A DNA stretch of 64,000 bases. Origin: an uncultured Candidatus Saccharibacteria bacterium (GTDB lineage: Bacteria; Patescibacteriota; Minisyncoccia; Phycocordibacterales; DATGWK01). Where the stretch lies: assembly GCA_964428845.1 (NCBI GenBank), contig CAYRZH010000005.1, positions 1,647-65,646 of the forward strand, written 5' to 3'. The notes beneath the pieces are model-generated. The model was given only the letters and a program-made list of their open reading frames with translations. It made no database searches and was not told where the DNA came from. A program made the position numbers and the translations under genes. The number at the start of each line of letters is the position of its first letter. Positions within the stretch are counted from its first letter, which is position 1. Shown one piece after another: positions 28,438 through 38,442 of this stretch.

Positions 28438-30171
28438 CTATTCTATAACCCGTTTCAGATTATATTCTAGGTTATATGGCCTAATAGTATTTTCTCTGAC
28501 AGTCTTGTGTTTGAAAAGAGCTTTGTAAAGTTTTTGCACTTCTGCTCGGATAGCAAGATTTTCTTCTATTTCCGTCGCTTGGTCTGCCAAAATATCTTCC
28601 GTATTGACAAGTGTTTTTGATGATCGGATGAGCATTCTTTCTACACCAGAGATATCGATTTGCTTGCCGAACTGATTTTGAGATTCGATTCGCAACCTTC
28701 TTGAGCGTCTAACACCGCTAAGAAAATGGCGAATTTTACTCGGGATCAGGTAATACAAAAAAATTTTTTTAGTCAGCAGCGGACCATGTCCTTTTGTTTG
28801 TACTGATTCACCTTCTCTTTCCCGCAATCTCATGATCGTTCGGTAGTAGTAAAGCGCCATCCAACGAAACGTTTTTTTCATTCTTTCGTAACCCCACCCA
28901 TCCTGTAGTGCTTGTTCGATTTTTTCGAAATAATCTGCCCGATTTTGCGCGAGATAGTTCAAATCTGGAGGATATGAGATAAGTTCGCTCGAGTAAATCA
29001 CCACAGGAATTCCGAGCAGACTCATCTCTGCACCAGCAGAAGACCAACCGTTCAAAAATAAATCTGCTTCAGTCGCCAGATCATAAAGAGAGATATTGTC
29101 AGCCGGCCAGTTTATCTTCACATTGTCTGGCAGTCCCTTGAGGATGTGCTCAAGCATTTTGGCATGGTCTGATTTCATACCGTCACGTTTGTTTGGAAAT
29201 TCACGTGGGTGAACGCGAATAATCAGAAATAGCTCTGGTTTGTTTTTTATATAGTCGATCAGTGCCCCTATCCATTCCGCCTGTGAAGAAAAAATCAGAT
29301 TGTGTGGTTTGTCACGAGCTCCTGTATACTCTGCGGCGAATAACTCATCGTAACTACTCATTGTTGCAACGATAATTTTTTGCCTATCTCCAACATTGAA
29401 GAAAATTCTAATTCTTGTTGGCGTGTCACTTTTGGGGGACGAATAGACGAAGGGGTTTCGGGCTTCTAAAAGTGCCAGAAAATGTTCGGATACATATGAA
29501 AGCGCTTTTCCTGTTGTGGGGATTTCTTTTACTTGTGCCCAGATCGCTTTTAATTCATCAATGTATGGGGTAGTACTTCTTCTTGCAACTATGAGTGTGT
29601 TGGCCATATCGGACATATTTACTCCATGGTGAAGAAAGTATGTTGGAATTCCTTTTGATTCGGCGTATATCTCCCAAACTCTATTTACTGAATATAAATT
29701 ATTGTACATTATGATTCTGTCTGGTTTTTCTTTTTCACAAATAAGTCGACAGGCAAAATAAGAAACTAGAGTGTTTTTAATTTCTTCCTGACACTCGACC
29801 CATTCACTCTCATTTAAATGTCTCAAAGACATTTTTTTGGTCTTGATTAGAAACTCGTACATGGCAATCCTACCGATATCAATCCCGTCAACTTTCAAAT
29901 TTTCAAAATTGTCCTTCGTTAAACCATTCAGAAGTTTTTGTATTTCTTGTCTTTCTTTTTTTGTTAGAACATGACCGATTCCGTACCCTTTAAGGTGAAA
30001 TTCCTCTCTTAATATCTTTTCATTTTGGGTACTTGATTTTCTTACGAATTCTTTGCCAGGAGTGATATATAAGACGTCGTGGCCTCTTTTTAATAATGCG
30101 GAAGCAATAATTGCTTCCGCAAAAGCAAAAGTCCATATTGAGGAGTGTGATGAAAAAGATATTATTTTCAT
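28438..30171 (-). CDS. Large putative GT-B-like sugar transferase / capsule-type polysaccharide biosynthesis protein (577 aa)
   Basis: Sits directly downstream of the NeuB-family synthase, so it is a candidate nonulosonate/glycan transferase. Only weak GT-B-like features (...LIIRVHPREFP..., ...GWSSAGAEMSLLGIPVV...). Confidence 0.3.
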   Translation of the reverse strand: MKIISFSSHSSIWTFAFAEAIIASALLKRGHDVLYITPGKEFVRKSSTQNEKILREEFHLKGYGIGHVLTKKERQEIQKLLNGLTKDNFENLKVDGIDIGRIAMYEFLIKTKKMSLRHLNESEWVECQEEIKNTLVSYFACRLICEKEKPDRIIMYNNLYSVNRVWEIYAESKGIPTYFLHHGVNMSDMANTLIVARRSTTPYIDELKAIWAQVKEIPTTGKALSYVSEHFLALLEARNPFVYSSPKSDTPTRIRIFFNVGDRQKIIVATMSSYDELFAAEYTGARDKPHNLIFSSQAEWIGALIDYIKNKPELFLIIRVHPREFPNKRDGMKSDHAKMLEHILKGLPDNVKINWPADNISLYDLATEADLFLNGWSSAGAEMSLLGIPVVIYSSELISYPPDLNYLAQNRADYFEKIEQALQDGWGYERMKKTFRWMALYYYRTIMRLREREGESVQTKGHGPLLTKKIFLYYLIPSKIRHFLSGVRRSRRLRIESQNQFGKQIDISGVERMLIRSSKTLVNTEDILADQATEIEENLAIRAEVQKLYKALFKHKTVRENTIRPYNLEYNLKRVIE

Positions 30172-30183
30172 TCTTGGATCGAA

Positions 30184-31248
30184 TTAAGATCTGATATGTT
30201 TCCACTCAAGCGGCGTGCCACGCTCGATGTCTTTCTTTGCTGTCATGCCCATAACTTTGTGAATATTTTCCGGTGCCAGTCCAAAAGCTGGTCGGATACA
30301 TCGAACATTTTTTTTAGTAAATTTTTCGCCCATCTTTATATCCGAAACAGCAAAAAGTGAGCGACGATGCTCTGCCCCAATCTCTTCCTCCTTATCTCGT
30401 GCGTAGTTCGGTTTCCCTAGGGAGGATTCGACTTCTCTAACAGATTTAACTAATGATGCAAATTCTTTCGGCTCAAGTGAAAACGACGAATCAGGCCCAC
30501 CGTCAGAACGGGCGAGGGTCATATGTTTCTCGATTATGCTCGCGCCAAGAACTACCGCACCGAGAGAAACATTTATTCCAAGGGAGTGATCTGACAAGCC
30601 ACTTACTACTCCGAATCTTTTTGCAATATCTGGAATGGTCTTTAGATTCATCTTGCTTGGGTCGGCGGGGTAGATACTTACGCAATGAAGGACTGCGATC
30701 TCCTTTGTTCCAGATTTTTGTAAGGTCTTTATCGCTAAAGAGATTTCTTTGGCAGAAGCCATACCTCGCGCCAATATAACGGGCTTTTTGGTCTTGCCGA
30801 TCTTTTCTAGTAAAGGCAGGTCTGTAATCTCGTATGAAGCAACCTTATAGAGAGGAATTTTCAATTTTTCTAGAAAATCTACTGCTGTCTCGTCGAAGGG
30901 GGTTGAAAATACGACTAGACCTTTTCTTTCGGCGTACTTCTTTAGTTTCGCTTGCCATTTCCAGGGGGTATATGCTTCCTCGTATAGTTTATAAAGAATT
31001 TTATCTTTCCAAACATTATTTACCCTAACCCGGAAGTAGTCGTTGTCGCAGTTCAAAGTCATTGTGTCTGGTGTATATGTCTGAAATTTGATGGCATCAA
31101 CTTTTGCCAATGCCGCGGCATCGATTATTTCCATGGCTCGTTTCAGGCTTTGATTATGGTTGCCAGACATTTCTGCTACGATGAAGACCGGCTCTCCCGG
31201 GCCGATCCTCCTTTTACCCTTAGGTGTTTTAATCGTTATGTGTCTCAT
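30184..31248 (-). CDS. pseI: N-acetylneuraminate-synthase family enzyme, probable pseudaminic acid synthase PseI
   Basis: NeuB TIM-barrel (IFIVAEMSGNHNQSLKRAMEIIDAAALAKVDAIKFQTY) plus a C-terminal SAF domain. Co-operonic with pseB/pseC/pseH/pseF homologs. Confidence 0.7.
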   Translation of the reverse strand: MRHITIKTPKGKRRIGPGEPVFIVAEMSGNHNQSLKRAMEIIDAAALAKVDAIKFQTYTPDTMTLNCDNDYFRVRVNNVWKDKILYKLYEEAYTPWKWQAKLKKYAERKGLVVFSTPFDETAVDFLEKLKIPLYKVASYEITDLPLLEKIGKTKKPVILARGMASAKEISLAIKTLQKSGTKEIAVLHCVSIYPADPSKMNLKTIPDIAKRFGVVSGLSDHSLGINVSLGAVVLGASIIEKHMTLARSDGGPDSSFSLEPKEFASLVKSVREVESSLGKPNYARDKEEEIGAEHRRSLFAVSDIKMGEKFTKKNVRCIRPAFGLAPENIHKVMGMTAKKDIERGTPLEWKHIRS

Positions 31249-31259
31249 TTATCAGTATT

Positions 31260-31877
31260 TTACTTTTTCTCTAGGTATCTCTCGATAAGAAACAAATCCC
31301 TGGGTTCTCTGATAAGAATGGAATTTATTCCAGCTTCCTTGGCACCCCCTATGTCACAGACAATATCATCACCGATCATTAGGGCCTCGTGTGCCTCTAC
31401 CTCGAAAGAGGTTAGAACGTCCTTAAAAACTTTTTTGTGAGGTTTTTCAAACTCCTTACCATTTTCCTGTGCGAAGAAAAATTTATCAAAATATTGCTCC
31501 AACTGCAACGCCTGAACTTTTCTTTTTTGTACCTCTACTGCACCATTTGTGAGTATAGTGAGCTTATATTTTTTGGACAAACTTCTCAAAACCGGCTCTG
31601 CCTCTGGATAAAGTTTCAGCTCCGGTAAATGCCCACGGTAAACTCGGACGAGTTCCTCTATCGAAATATCATCGAGTGGAAACTTCTCTTTGAGTTCATC
31701 AAAATTTCTGCCGCGCCCATTTCCAAGGAAGGACTCACACAATGAATTAAAAATTTCTTCTTTTGATAGATTTCTTTTATTGCTTACATAGTCAGCAACA
31801 GCACGAAAACCGCTTAAAACATATTCATGTTCGCTCGAGAGGGTGTTGTCTAGATCAAAGATTAATAATTTTATCAT
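31260..31877 (-). CDS. HAD-superfamily hydrolase (subfamily IA-like)
   Basis: N-terminal LLIFDLDNTL motif I and ...MIGDDIVCDIGGAKEAG motif IV. Confidence 0.6.
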   Translation of the reverse strand: MIKLLIFDLDNTLSSEHEYVLSGFRAVADYVSNKRNLSKEEIFNSLCESFLGNGRGRNFDELKEKFPLDDISIEELVRVYRGHLPELKLYPEAEPVLRSLSKKYKLTILTNGAVEVQKRKVQALQLEQYFDKFFFAQENGKEFEKPHKKVFKDVLTSFEVEAHEALMIGDDIVCDIGGAKEAGINSILIREPRDLFLIERYLEKK

Positions 31878-32841
31878 GGGGAATGAACAGATCTTTGTTG
31901 TAACGCATCATGACCAAATCGGCCTGGAAACTTTTCTGCTCTGGCACTTTCTCGCCACGAAGAAGTCTCACAAGAAATTCAGCGCTGTTTCCTCCTGCAG
32001 CCAGCGCTAGGGGTGAACCTCCGCCGAAACGAGCTGGATTGGCTTCAAGGAAAAAAATCTTGCCATCTTTTGTTTTGAAACATTGAATTGTGTTGTGGCC
32101 GATAAGGCCAAGCGTCTGGCCGATTTTTTTTGTCAAAGCAATCATTTCTTTTTCATTTTTTGTAATCGTGACTTTTGATTCTCCACCCACGACTTTCAGT
32201 CGAATTCGCGGGATGGTCGAAATTGGCTTTCCAGAGAAATCAGCGAAATAGTCAATAGAGTATTCTGTGCCCTCGATTTTTTTCTGGATTATTTTTCCGG
32301 TGAGCTCTTGTTTTTTTAGTTCTTCGATGCTTCCAATCACCTCTACGCCTATACTAGCGGCACCAATTATGGGCTTTATGATGCAAGGGAATTGCAAATT
32401 TTTAGGTGGCTTGAGCCAGCTTTCTATGGGTCTTAAGTTTTTTGCTTTTAGAAATTTGTAAAACTTCCACTTATCATTGCAGATTGATGCGGCCTTTAAA
32501 GATGGCACCATGATCTTTGTACCCAATTTTTCAAAGCGCTTCTTGTTTTTCGCAAGATACATTACATCTTCGTCTCGGGTAGGGATAATCAGGGAAATTT
32601 TTTCTCTGGTAATGATTTCGGCCAGACGGGCAGGGAATTTTTTGCTATCCATGCGTGGCACTAGATATCCTTTATCAGCGAGGTAGAGACCGGGGCAAAA
32701 TGGGTCAATGTCGGTGGCGACGGTTTTACCCTCTACACCGAGAGATGAAAGAGCGGTGCGGAAGTGCTCAAAAAGGTGGCTCTTATTGCCGATACTTGTA
32801 AATAGAAAGTTTACGGACTTATTTGATTTTGCTTTTTTCAT
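31855..32841 (-). CDS. ATP-grasp domain protein
   Basis: 328 aa with an ATP-grasp-like layout (...CIIKPIIGAASIGVEVI..., ...FFLEANPARFGGG...). Possibly an amide-forming tailoring enzyme for the nonulosonate. Confidence 0.45.
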   Translation of the reverse strand: MKKAKSNKSVNFLFTSIGNKSHLFEHFRTALSSLGVEGKTVATDIDPFCPGLYLADKGYLVPRMDSKKFPARLAEIITREKISLIIPTRDEDVMYLAKNKKRFEKLGTKIMVPSLKAASICNDKWKFYKFLKAKNLRPIESWLKPPKNLQFPCIIKPIIGAASIGVEVIGSIEELKKQELTGKIIQKKIEGTEYSIDYFADFSGKPISTIPRIRLKVVGGESKVTITKNEKEMIALTKKIGQTLGLIGHNTIQCFKTKDGKIFFLEANPARFGGGSPLALAAGGNSAEFLVRLLRGEKVPEQKSFQADLVMMRYNKDLFIPHDKIINL

Positions 32842-33766
32842 GAGAGACTATCTGTCTTATGCCATCGGCAATGCTTATTTCCGGCGACCATCCGGTGGTG
32901 TCTTTGAGCCTGCTTATGTCGCCTCGACTGGCTTCAGGAAATATGGACTCATTGACTTCGGTAAATTTGGCTTCCGGAATTTCTTTTTGTACGAGCCCTG
33001 CGACCTCTGCGATCGTGTTGCTTTTGCCAAAACTCAAATTGATAACGCCAGTGGCATTCTTACAGATTGCCATTTTCATTAACCCTTTCGCCACATCGGT
33101 AGCGTGAATGTAATCAAATGAATTATTTTTGTCAAAGATTTTTAGTGTTTCGCCGCGAAGAGCACCACGTACCCAGCGCGAAATGATGTCTCGCGAATCT
33201 TTACCGTAGACCCGAAAGATCCTGGCATGCGCATAGGTAAATTTACCGCCCATCTGTTCGCTTAAAAATTCAATATCTCGCTCGGTTTGTAATTTGGCTA
33301 TGCCACATAGGTTGCGTGGTTCGATTGCTGAAGATTCACTAAGAATATTGTCCCGTCCTACAACGTTGTAGAGTGATTTATGGTAAATCAGATAACTTGA
33401 AGCAAAAATAATTTTTTTGAGTTCTTCACCTTGGACTATTCTTCGAAGAGTATAATGGGATGCCAAAATATTGTTGTAAAAATTACTTTCCCAAAAATCT
33501 AGACTCTCGGTACTACGCTCAAAATCGGCGGCAAGATGGAAAACATATTCTGGTTCGAAATGGAACGAAAATTGCTCGTCTCTGTGGGACAGGTCACATT
33601 GGAAATACTGAACATCACTAGGGAAGGCTCGAGGCCGCTCGAGCATGTCAACCGCGCGAACCACAGCTCCTTCGGCAGTAAGTAGGCCTACAAGTTCCTG
33701 GCCTATTACACCGGCTGCGCCAGTAACCAAAACTTTTTTATCCTTAAGTGTAACGAGATTTTCCAT
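32819..33766 (-). CDS. NAD-dependent epimerase/dehydratase (extended SDR)
   Basis: VLVTGAAGVIGQELV Rossmann motif and YxxxK (YGIAKLQTE). Confidence 0.65.
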   Translation of the reverse strand: MENLVTLKDKKVLVTGAAGVIGQELVGLLTAEGAVVRAVDMLERPRAFPSDVQYFQCDLSHRDEQFSFHFEPEYVFHLAADFERSTESLDFWESNFYNNILASHYTLRRIVQGEELKKIIFASSYLIYHKSLYNVVGRDNILSESSAIEPRNLCGIAKLQTERDIEFLSEQMGGKFTYAHARIFRVYGKDSRDIISRWVRGALRGETLKIFDKNNSFDYIHATDVAKGLMKMAICKNATGVINLSFGKSNTIAEVAGLVQKEIPEAKFTEVNESIFPEASRGDISRLKDTTGWSPEISIADGIRQIVSHEKSKIK

Positions 33767-33771
33767 TGAAG

Positions 33772-34320
33772 TTACTTCTTATTTATAATGGAGTGAATAA
33801 GCGAATCAGAAAAACGATTTTTTTTCCAAACATGATCGGGCAATCTAGCGTCTCGCTTGAAGCCAGATTTTTCTAAAAGATTGATGTGAAACTTCCTAAA
33901 TGCCCATGTTTCCGTAAAAATTTTGTGCAAAATGAGCTTTTTAAAGGCATAATCGCGGAGCATTACCATGGTTTCGAGAAAAAGCATTGAATATTCGGAG
34001 TGCCTTTTTTCTGTACCTGTTTCCAGGATAAATGATATTTCTCCGCGTTTATTTTCCCAATCAATATGCACAATACCGCAATACCCGATAAGTCTGCCAT
34101 TTTTGTCTAAAATTGAAAAGAGAACCTGGTTCTTATCCCTTTTGAGTTTTTTGTAAAATTTTTCCTGATCCTTGTCAGTCAGCGGTTTGCTCTGCCTCAA
34201 GATGTCCATTTGCTCATTACGCCATTTTTTAAGAAATGGTAAATCTTCTTTGAGTAGATTTGAGAGAATAATATGTCGGCCCAACGAAATTCTTTTTCTT
34301 TTCATAAATTTTAGTATCAA
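33772..34320 (-). CDS. pseH: GNAT N-acetyltransferase, PseH-like
   Basis: 182-aa GNAT whose N-terminal region (LKEDLPFLKKWRNEQMDILRQ) resembles PseH-type acetyltransferases. Located within the pse operon. Confidence 0.5.
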   Translation of the reverse strand: MILKFMKRKRISLGRHIILSNLLKEDLPFLKKWRNEQMDILRQSKPLTDKDQEKFYKKLKRDKNQVLFSILDKNGRLIGYCGIVHIDWENKRGEISFILETGTEKRHSEYSMLFLETMVMLRDYAFKKLILHKIFTETWAFRKFHINLLEKSGFKRDARLPDHVWKKNRFSDSLIHSIINKK

Positions 34321-35222
34321 ACTTTCCGCGAATGAGTAGCAAAACAGATAAGATTACGGCCGAGACCCATATCAGCCAACGCTTCATAAAATTTGTTAAC
34401 TTTTTTAGGTGAGGTTTTGTGCACAAGATTTTCTAACTCGACTCGCGCCTGATGACAAGATTTGCCCTTGGCTTTGTCGATAACGTAGTTGGTGTCTTTG
34501 TTAAGAAGATTTATATCGACAGGGAAGTCGGCCGTAAACCGCTCTGGGCGAAGTCCGGCTGCCTGAACGAGTGCCTCAAGCCCCGTTTTATTGAAGTAGG
34601 AAATATGATCTGGTATAACAATCCAAAAAGGACTTTTCACATAACCATGCTTGTACAAATATAGTTGTAGAATCGAAAAATCGTTTGGTACCACTACAAC
34701 TATAACTCCTTGATTATGAAGTAGTTTCTTGCAATCACCGAGCAATTGGAAAGGATTCAAAACATGCTCCAGAGTATGCTCCATGAAAATAACATCAAAC
34801 TTCTGTTTTTCCTTTATGAGTGATGGGATTTGCTCATAGATATCTCCTTTACGGATAAATGGCAGGCACCTTTTGTTGTGAGTCTTGGTGCCGGAACTAC
34901 TATAGTCGAGGCCTGTGACGGCAAAACCTTTTTTTCTGAAGTAATCTAGAGCCCAGCCTTCGCCGCAGCCAATGTCTAAAAAGCTAAATTTTTCACGGCG
35001 CATTGGTCCGAGCAACTCTTTTATTGTCAGATACTTATCGTCTAGCTTGTTTTTAAAAAAAATAATTTCATCTTTCGAATACGATTGTCTATAGTTACCC
35101 CTTGATTGTTCGTAATACTTATCTATATAGTACTGTTCCAACTCTTTAGGGTTTGGTTTATGTTTCAATTCAAAATAACCAAACTTATTTTTTCTGACAT
35201 TCCTGAAGAGATTATTGCCCAT
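34317..35222 (-). CDS. Class I SAM-dependent methyltransferase
   Basis: FLDIGCGEGWALDYF (motif I) and VTGLDYS. Confidence 0.6.
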   Translation of the reverse strand: MGNNLFRNVRKNKFGYFELKHKPNPKELEQYYIDKYYEQSRGNYRQSYSKDEIIFFKNKLDDKYLTIKELLGPMRREKFSFLDIGCGEGWALDYFRKKGFAVTGLDYSSSGTKTHNKRCLPFIRKGDIYEQIPSLIKEKQKFDVIFMEHTLEHVLNPFQLLGDCKKLLHNQGVIVVVVPNDFSILQLYLYKHGYVKSPFWIVIPDHISYFNKTGLEALVQAAGLRPERFTADFPVDINLLNKDTNYVIDKAKGKSCHQARVELENLVHKTSPKKVNKFYEALADMGLGRNLICFATHSRKV

Positions 35223-35241
35223 TTGGGGGTGGCTAGACTGT

Positions 35242-35913
35242 TTAAACTATTTTGCGGACGACACGAAAGGCTTCAGCACCAGTGAGACCGACTTCAATTC
35301 CACGATACTTCGAAAGTATTTCAATACCCTCAAGCGAACGAGGATGAGGATATTTTCGTAATTCGTCCCCATAGAAATTCATCAAAGCTTTTTTCTCCTC
35401 AACATATTTTGAGATATCAACGTAGTGATTTGGTTTAAAAACGCGGTGGTCCTTAATCTGCCATTCTGTGCAGGAAAGAACTTCAAAAGATAGAATTTCG
35501 GATACACAAAAGTTGGGTTGTGGTCGGCAAGCAGTTAACACTGCTCCGCAGGTTAGTCGGTGGTCTACATTCAGGTCATCGATATGATGTGTATAAACCA
35601 CATCGGGCTTAACTTCAGCAATAACCTTTTCTACTGCTTGTGCCAGACTGATCAGAGAAACCGTATCGAATTTGTTATCCGGGAAATTTTCTAGGAAAAG
35701 TTTGGCACCCAATTTATCAGAGACACCTCTAGCTTGAGAAAATCTTTTTTCAGGATCACTTACAGATCCCCGAGAATCTTCTCCGTTTGCTAGGATTAGA
35801 ATGGATATAGAATCACCGCGGTCACGGTGAACGCAAAGCGTGCCGCCAGCGCCGAGAACCTCATCGTCTGGGTGCGCGACTACAGCCAAAATTTTTTTAT
35901 TTTTTTCCATCAT
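35242..35913 (-). CDS. PIG-L/LmbE-family N-acetylglucosaminyl deacetylase
   Basis: ILAVVAHPDDEVLGAGGTL and HxDH (HHIDDLNVDH) motifs. Confidence 0.65.
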   Translation of the reverse strand: MMEKNKKILAVVAHPDDEVLGAGGTLCVHRDRGDSISILILANGEDSRGSVSDPEKRFSQARGVSDKLGAKLFLENFPDNKFDTVSLISLAQAVEKVIAEVKPDVVYTHHIDDLNVDHRLTCGAVLTACRPQPNFCVSEILSFEVLSCTEWQIKDHRVFKPNHYVDISKYVEEKKALMNFYGDELRKYPHPRSLEGIEILSKYRGIEVGLTGAEAFRVVRKIV

Positions 35914-36631
35914 TTTTTATTGGTGAAATTTTAACTTTTGCAGTTACGGTATCTCCCGTAAATTCTGCTTCACTAAATTCAAATCTCTGTTCTCCAACGT
36001 CCAAAAACGCCCTTGGGTAACCATCAGCATCAAGCATTCTTATAAAATCATATAGCATTCTTCCTGACAAATCACCCAGGATTCTACTTTGTTCGGGCTT
36101 CCTGCGTTTGAAAGTAAAACCACGACCTCGTTGGGGTTTTGGCTTCGGTTGCTTCAAAAGTATTTCGCTCATCATTTCATAGACGATGGCAGAAATCTTA
36201 TAAAATATATCTTGAGCAGAGCCTCGACTCATGTCAACGGGCTTTTTTAAATAAATCGGTCCAGTATCAAGCCCTGCCTCGACGCGAAGTGCGGAAATTT
36301 TTACTTTGTAAATTCCTCTAACGATGTGGTTCTGGATCGGGCTACCGCCGCGACCGTATGGCAGGTTTGCTTCATGAAATACAACACACTCAAAATTTTC
36401 ATAAATTTCAGGCGGGATTATCCAAGACCAATGTGGGAAAAATACAAACCTCGGTTTTATTTTAGAAAGACGTTCAAAAGTAAGTTTTTTGGGCGATGTT
36501 ATGAGAAGTTTCCGGTAACCCTTCGGGACTTTCCATTCACTGAACCTTTTTATGTTCCAGGGTCGAATCGTCGCTACGACAATATTGTCGAGGTTAGCAT
36601 TATCTTTTTGCCTTTTTGTTTTTAAGCTCAT
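35897..36631 (-). CDS. Formyltransferase-domain protein (Fmt N-terminal-domain-like)
   Basis: ...VVFHEANLPYGRGGSPIQNHIVRG... matches the formyl_trans_N catalytic region (the Asn/His/Asp triad context). Confidence 0.5.
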   Translation of the reverse strand: MSLKTKRQKDNANLDNIVVATIRPWNIKRFSEWKVPKGYRKLLITSPKKLTFERLSKIKPRFVFFPHWSWIIPPEIYENFECVVFHEANLPYGRGGSPIQNHIVRGIYKVKISALRVEAGLDTGPIYLKKPVDMSRGSAQDIFYKISAIVYEMMSEILLKQPKPKPQRGRGFTFKRRKPEQSRILGDLSGRMLYDFIRMLDADGYPRAFLDVGEQRFEFSEAEFTGDTVTAKVKISPIKNDGKK

Positions 36632-37317
36632 TTCAGCAGTTTATATTTTATTTCAGCAATTTTCCAATCCTCCTCATTATCAATGTCCTGCATTTCTGAT
36701 TCTGGTATTGGTATAGATCTAGTATTATCAGTGAAGATCTTTTTTTGATTCAAGAAATTTTTCACATTTAGGTAAAAAAACTGTCCTGTATCATGATATG
36801 CAGGTTCCAAATCCTGTGAGCGCACCACAGCATTTTCTGGCCACATCATTTTTAATTTTCCAAACTCGTCGATCCTCAAGGCTCTCTGAATTGGGTAAGA
36901 AAAACGGGCGACTGGCAAAACTGAATCGGCACCAGTCTCTACTATCAAATCCATTGCTTTCTTGAGATTTTCAATTTTTAAAAAGGGAGCGGTCGGGTAA
37001 ATACAGCAGGCCAAATCAAATTCTCGGCCAAGACTTTTGTACCGAACGAGAACTTCTTCCATAACGTCGGGGATCTGTGCAAGATCACCCGAATTCTTCT
37101 CTGACCTAAAGAAGGGGACTTTGGCACCAAAACCTAAGGCGACTTCGGCGATCTCTTTATCATCTGTTGAGACCATTACTTCGTCAAAAAGTCCGCTCGT
37201 TAGTGCGGCATCAATAGAATATTTTATAATCGGCTGTCCGGAAAAGAATTTTATATTTTTCTTCGGAATTCTTTTGCTACCGCCTCGCGCAGGTATAATG
37301 GCAACTATCTTTTTCAT
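36628..37317 (-). CDS. pseF: CMP-nonulosonate (pseudaminic acid) cytidylyltransferase, PseF/NeuA-like
   Basis: IVAIIPARGGSKRIPKKNIKFFSGQPII N-terminal motif of the acylneuraminate cytidylyltransferase family. Confidence 0.7.
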   Translation of the reverse strand: MKKIVAIIPARGGSKRIPKKNIKFFSGQPIIKYSIDAALTSGLFDEVMVSTDDKEIAEVALGFGAKVPFFRSEKNSGDLAQIPDVMEEVLVRYKSLGREFDLACCIYPTAPFLKIENLKKAMDLIVETGADSVLPVARFSYPIQRALRIDEFGKLKMMWPENAVVRSQDLEPAYHDTGQFFYLNVKNFLNQKKIFTDNTRSIPIPESEMQDIDNEEDWKIAEIKYKLLK

Positions 37318-37323
37318 AGGATG

Positions 37324-38442
37324 TTATTTTCTCGAATAATAGAAAGATTTTATTGCATTGATAATATGAGAAGCTTCTCTCGATGTGACGTTTGTGTGGA
37401 GTGGCAAGGTCAAACAGCGTGAAAAATAGTCCAGAGAATAGGGTGCTTTGTCAGTGTAGAAGCCATTTTTTCGGTAGTATGGTTGAGAAAAGACTGGGGG
37501 ATAATGGTAGTTAATTCCGATCTTAGCGGCTGATAAAAAAGTGGCTAGTTCTTTTTTGATTTTTTCATTTTCTGTCAGGATGACAAAAATATGCCATCCG
37601 GAAACGCTGTGTTCTGGTTCTTTTGGTAGCGAGATTTCTTTTACACTACTTAAACCCTTTTTATATTGGGCGACAAGTTTACGTCGTTTTGCGATAAACT
37701 GATCAAGTCGTCTAAGCTGACTCAATCCCAATGCACATTGCATATCGGTCAAACGATAATTGAAACCGAGCTCTTGCATAACATTCACACCATCTTTATT
37801 TTTTGCTACGCCGTGACTTCGAAGAAGTAATAATTTCTCATATATATTTTTGTTTTTTGTCACGACGGCTCCTCCTTCGCCAGTCGTTATCGGTTTAATA
37901 GCGTGGAAACTAAAGCATATGGCACTTGAGGACAGGGATCCAATTTTTTTGCCCCTATATCTAGAGCCGAGCGCATGTGATGCATCCTCGATTATTTTAA
38001 GATTGTGTTTTTTCGCTATCTTAATAATAGAGTTCATTTCGCAGGGACCTCCGGCAAAATGGACAGGTACAATAGCCTTAGTTTTTTTGGTAATTAAACT
38101 GGAGATTTTTTTCTCGTCGATGTTGTAAGTGTCTGGACGGATATCACAGAATATCGGTTTGGCACCAACGGCAAGTAACATATTGGAAGTGGCGACAAAT
38201 GTATTGGGGGTTGTTATAACCTCATCCCCGGCCTTTAGACCACAAGCCAGGTAGGCTAAGTGTAGGGCACTGGTGCCATTATTTACTGCCACGACGTAGG
38301 GCACTCCTATATAAGCGGCTAGAGCATTTTCGAATTCTTTTACTCTTGGACCTTGGGTCAGGAAGTCTGATGTCAAAGCGGCACTTACGGCTCTAATATC
38401 ACTGTCGTTTATATTTTGCCGCGCATACGGAACATATTTCAT
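37324..38442 (-). CDS. pseC: DegT-family aminotransferase, PseC-like
   Basis: Start at MKYVPYARQNI (ATGA overlap with the pseB stop). PLP-dependent fold with the FSFHAIKPITTGEGG lysine region. Confidence 0.75.
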   Translation of the reverse strand: MKYVPYARQNINDSDIRAVSAALTSDFLTQGPRVKEFENALAAYIGVPYVVAVNNGTSALHLAYLACGLKAGDEVITTPNTFVATSNMLLAVGAKPIFCDIRPDTYNIDEKKISSLITKKTKAIVPVHFAGGPCEMNSIIKIAKKHNLKIIEDASHALGSRYRGKKIGSLSSSAICFSFHAIKPITTGEGGAVVTKNKNIYEKLLLLRSHGVAKNKDGVNVMQELGFNYRLTDMQCALGLSQLRRLDQFIAKRRKLVAQYKKGLSSVKEISLPKEPEHSVSGWHIFVILTENEKIKKELATFLSAAKIGINYHYPPVFSQPYYRKNGFYTDKAPYSLDYFSRCLTLPLHTNVTSREASHIINAIKSFYYSRK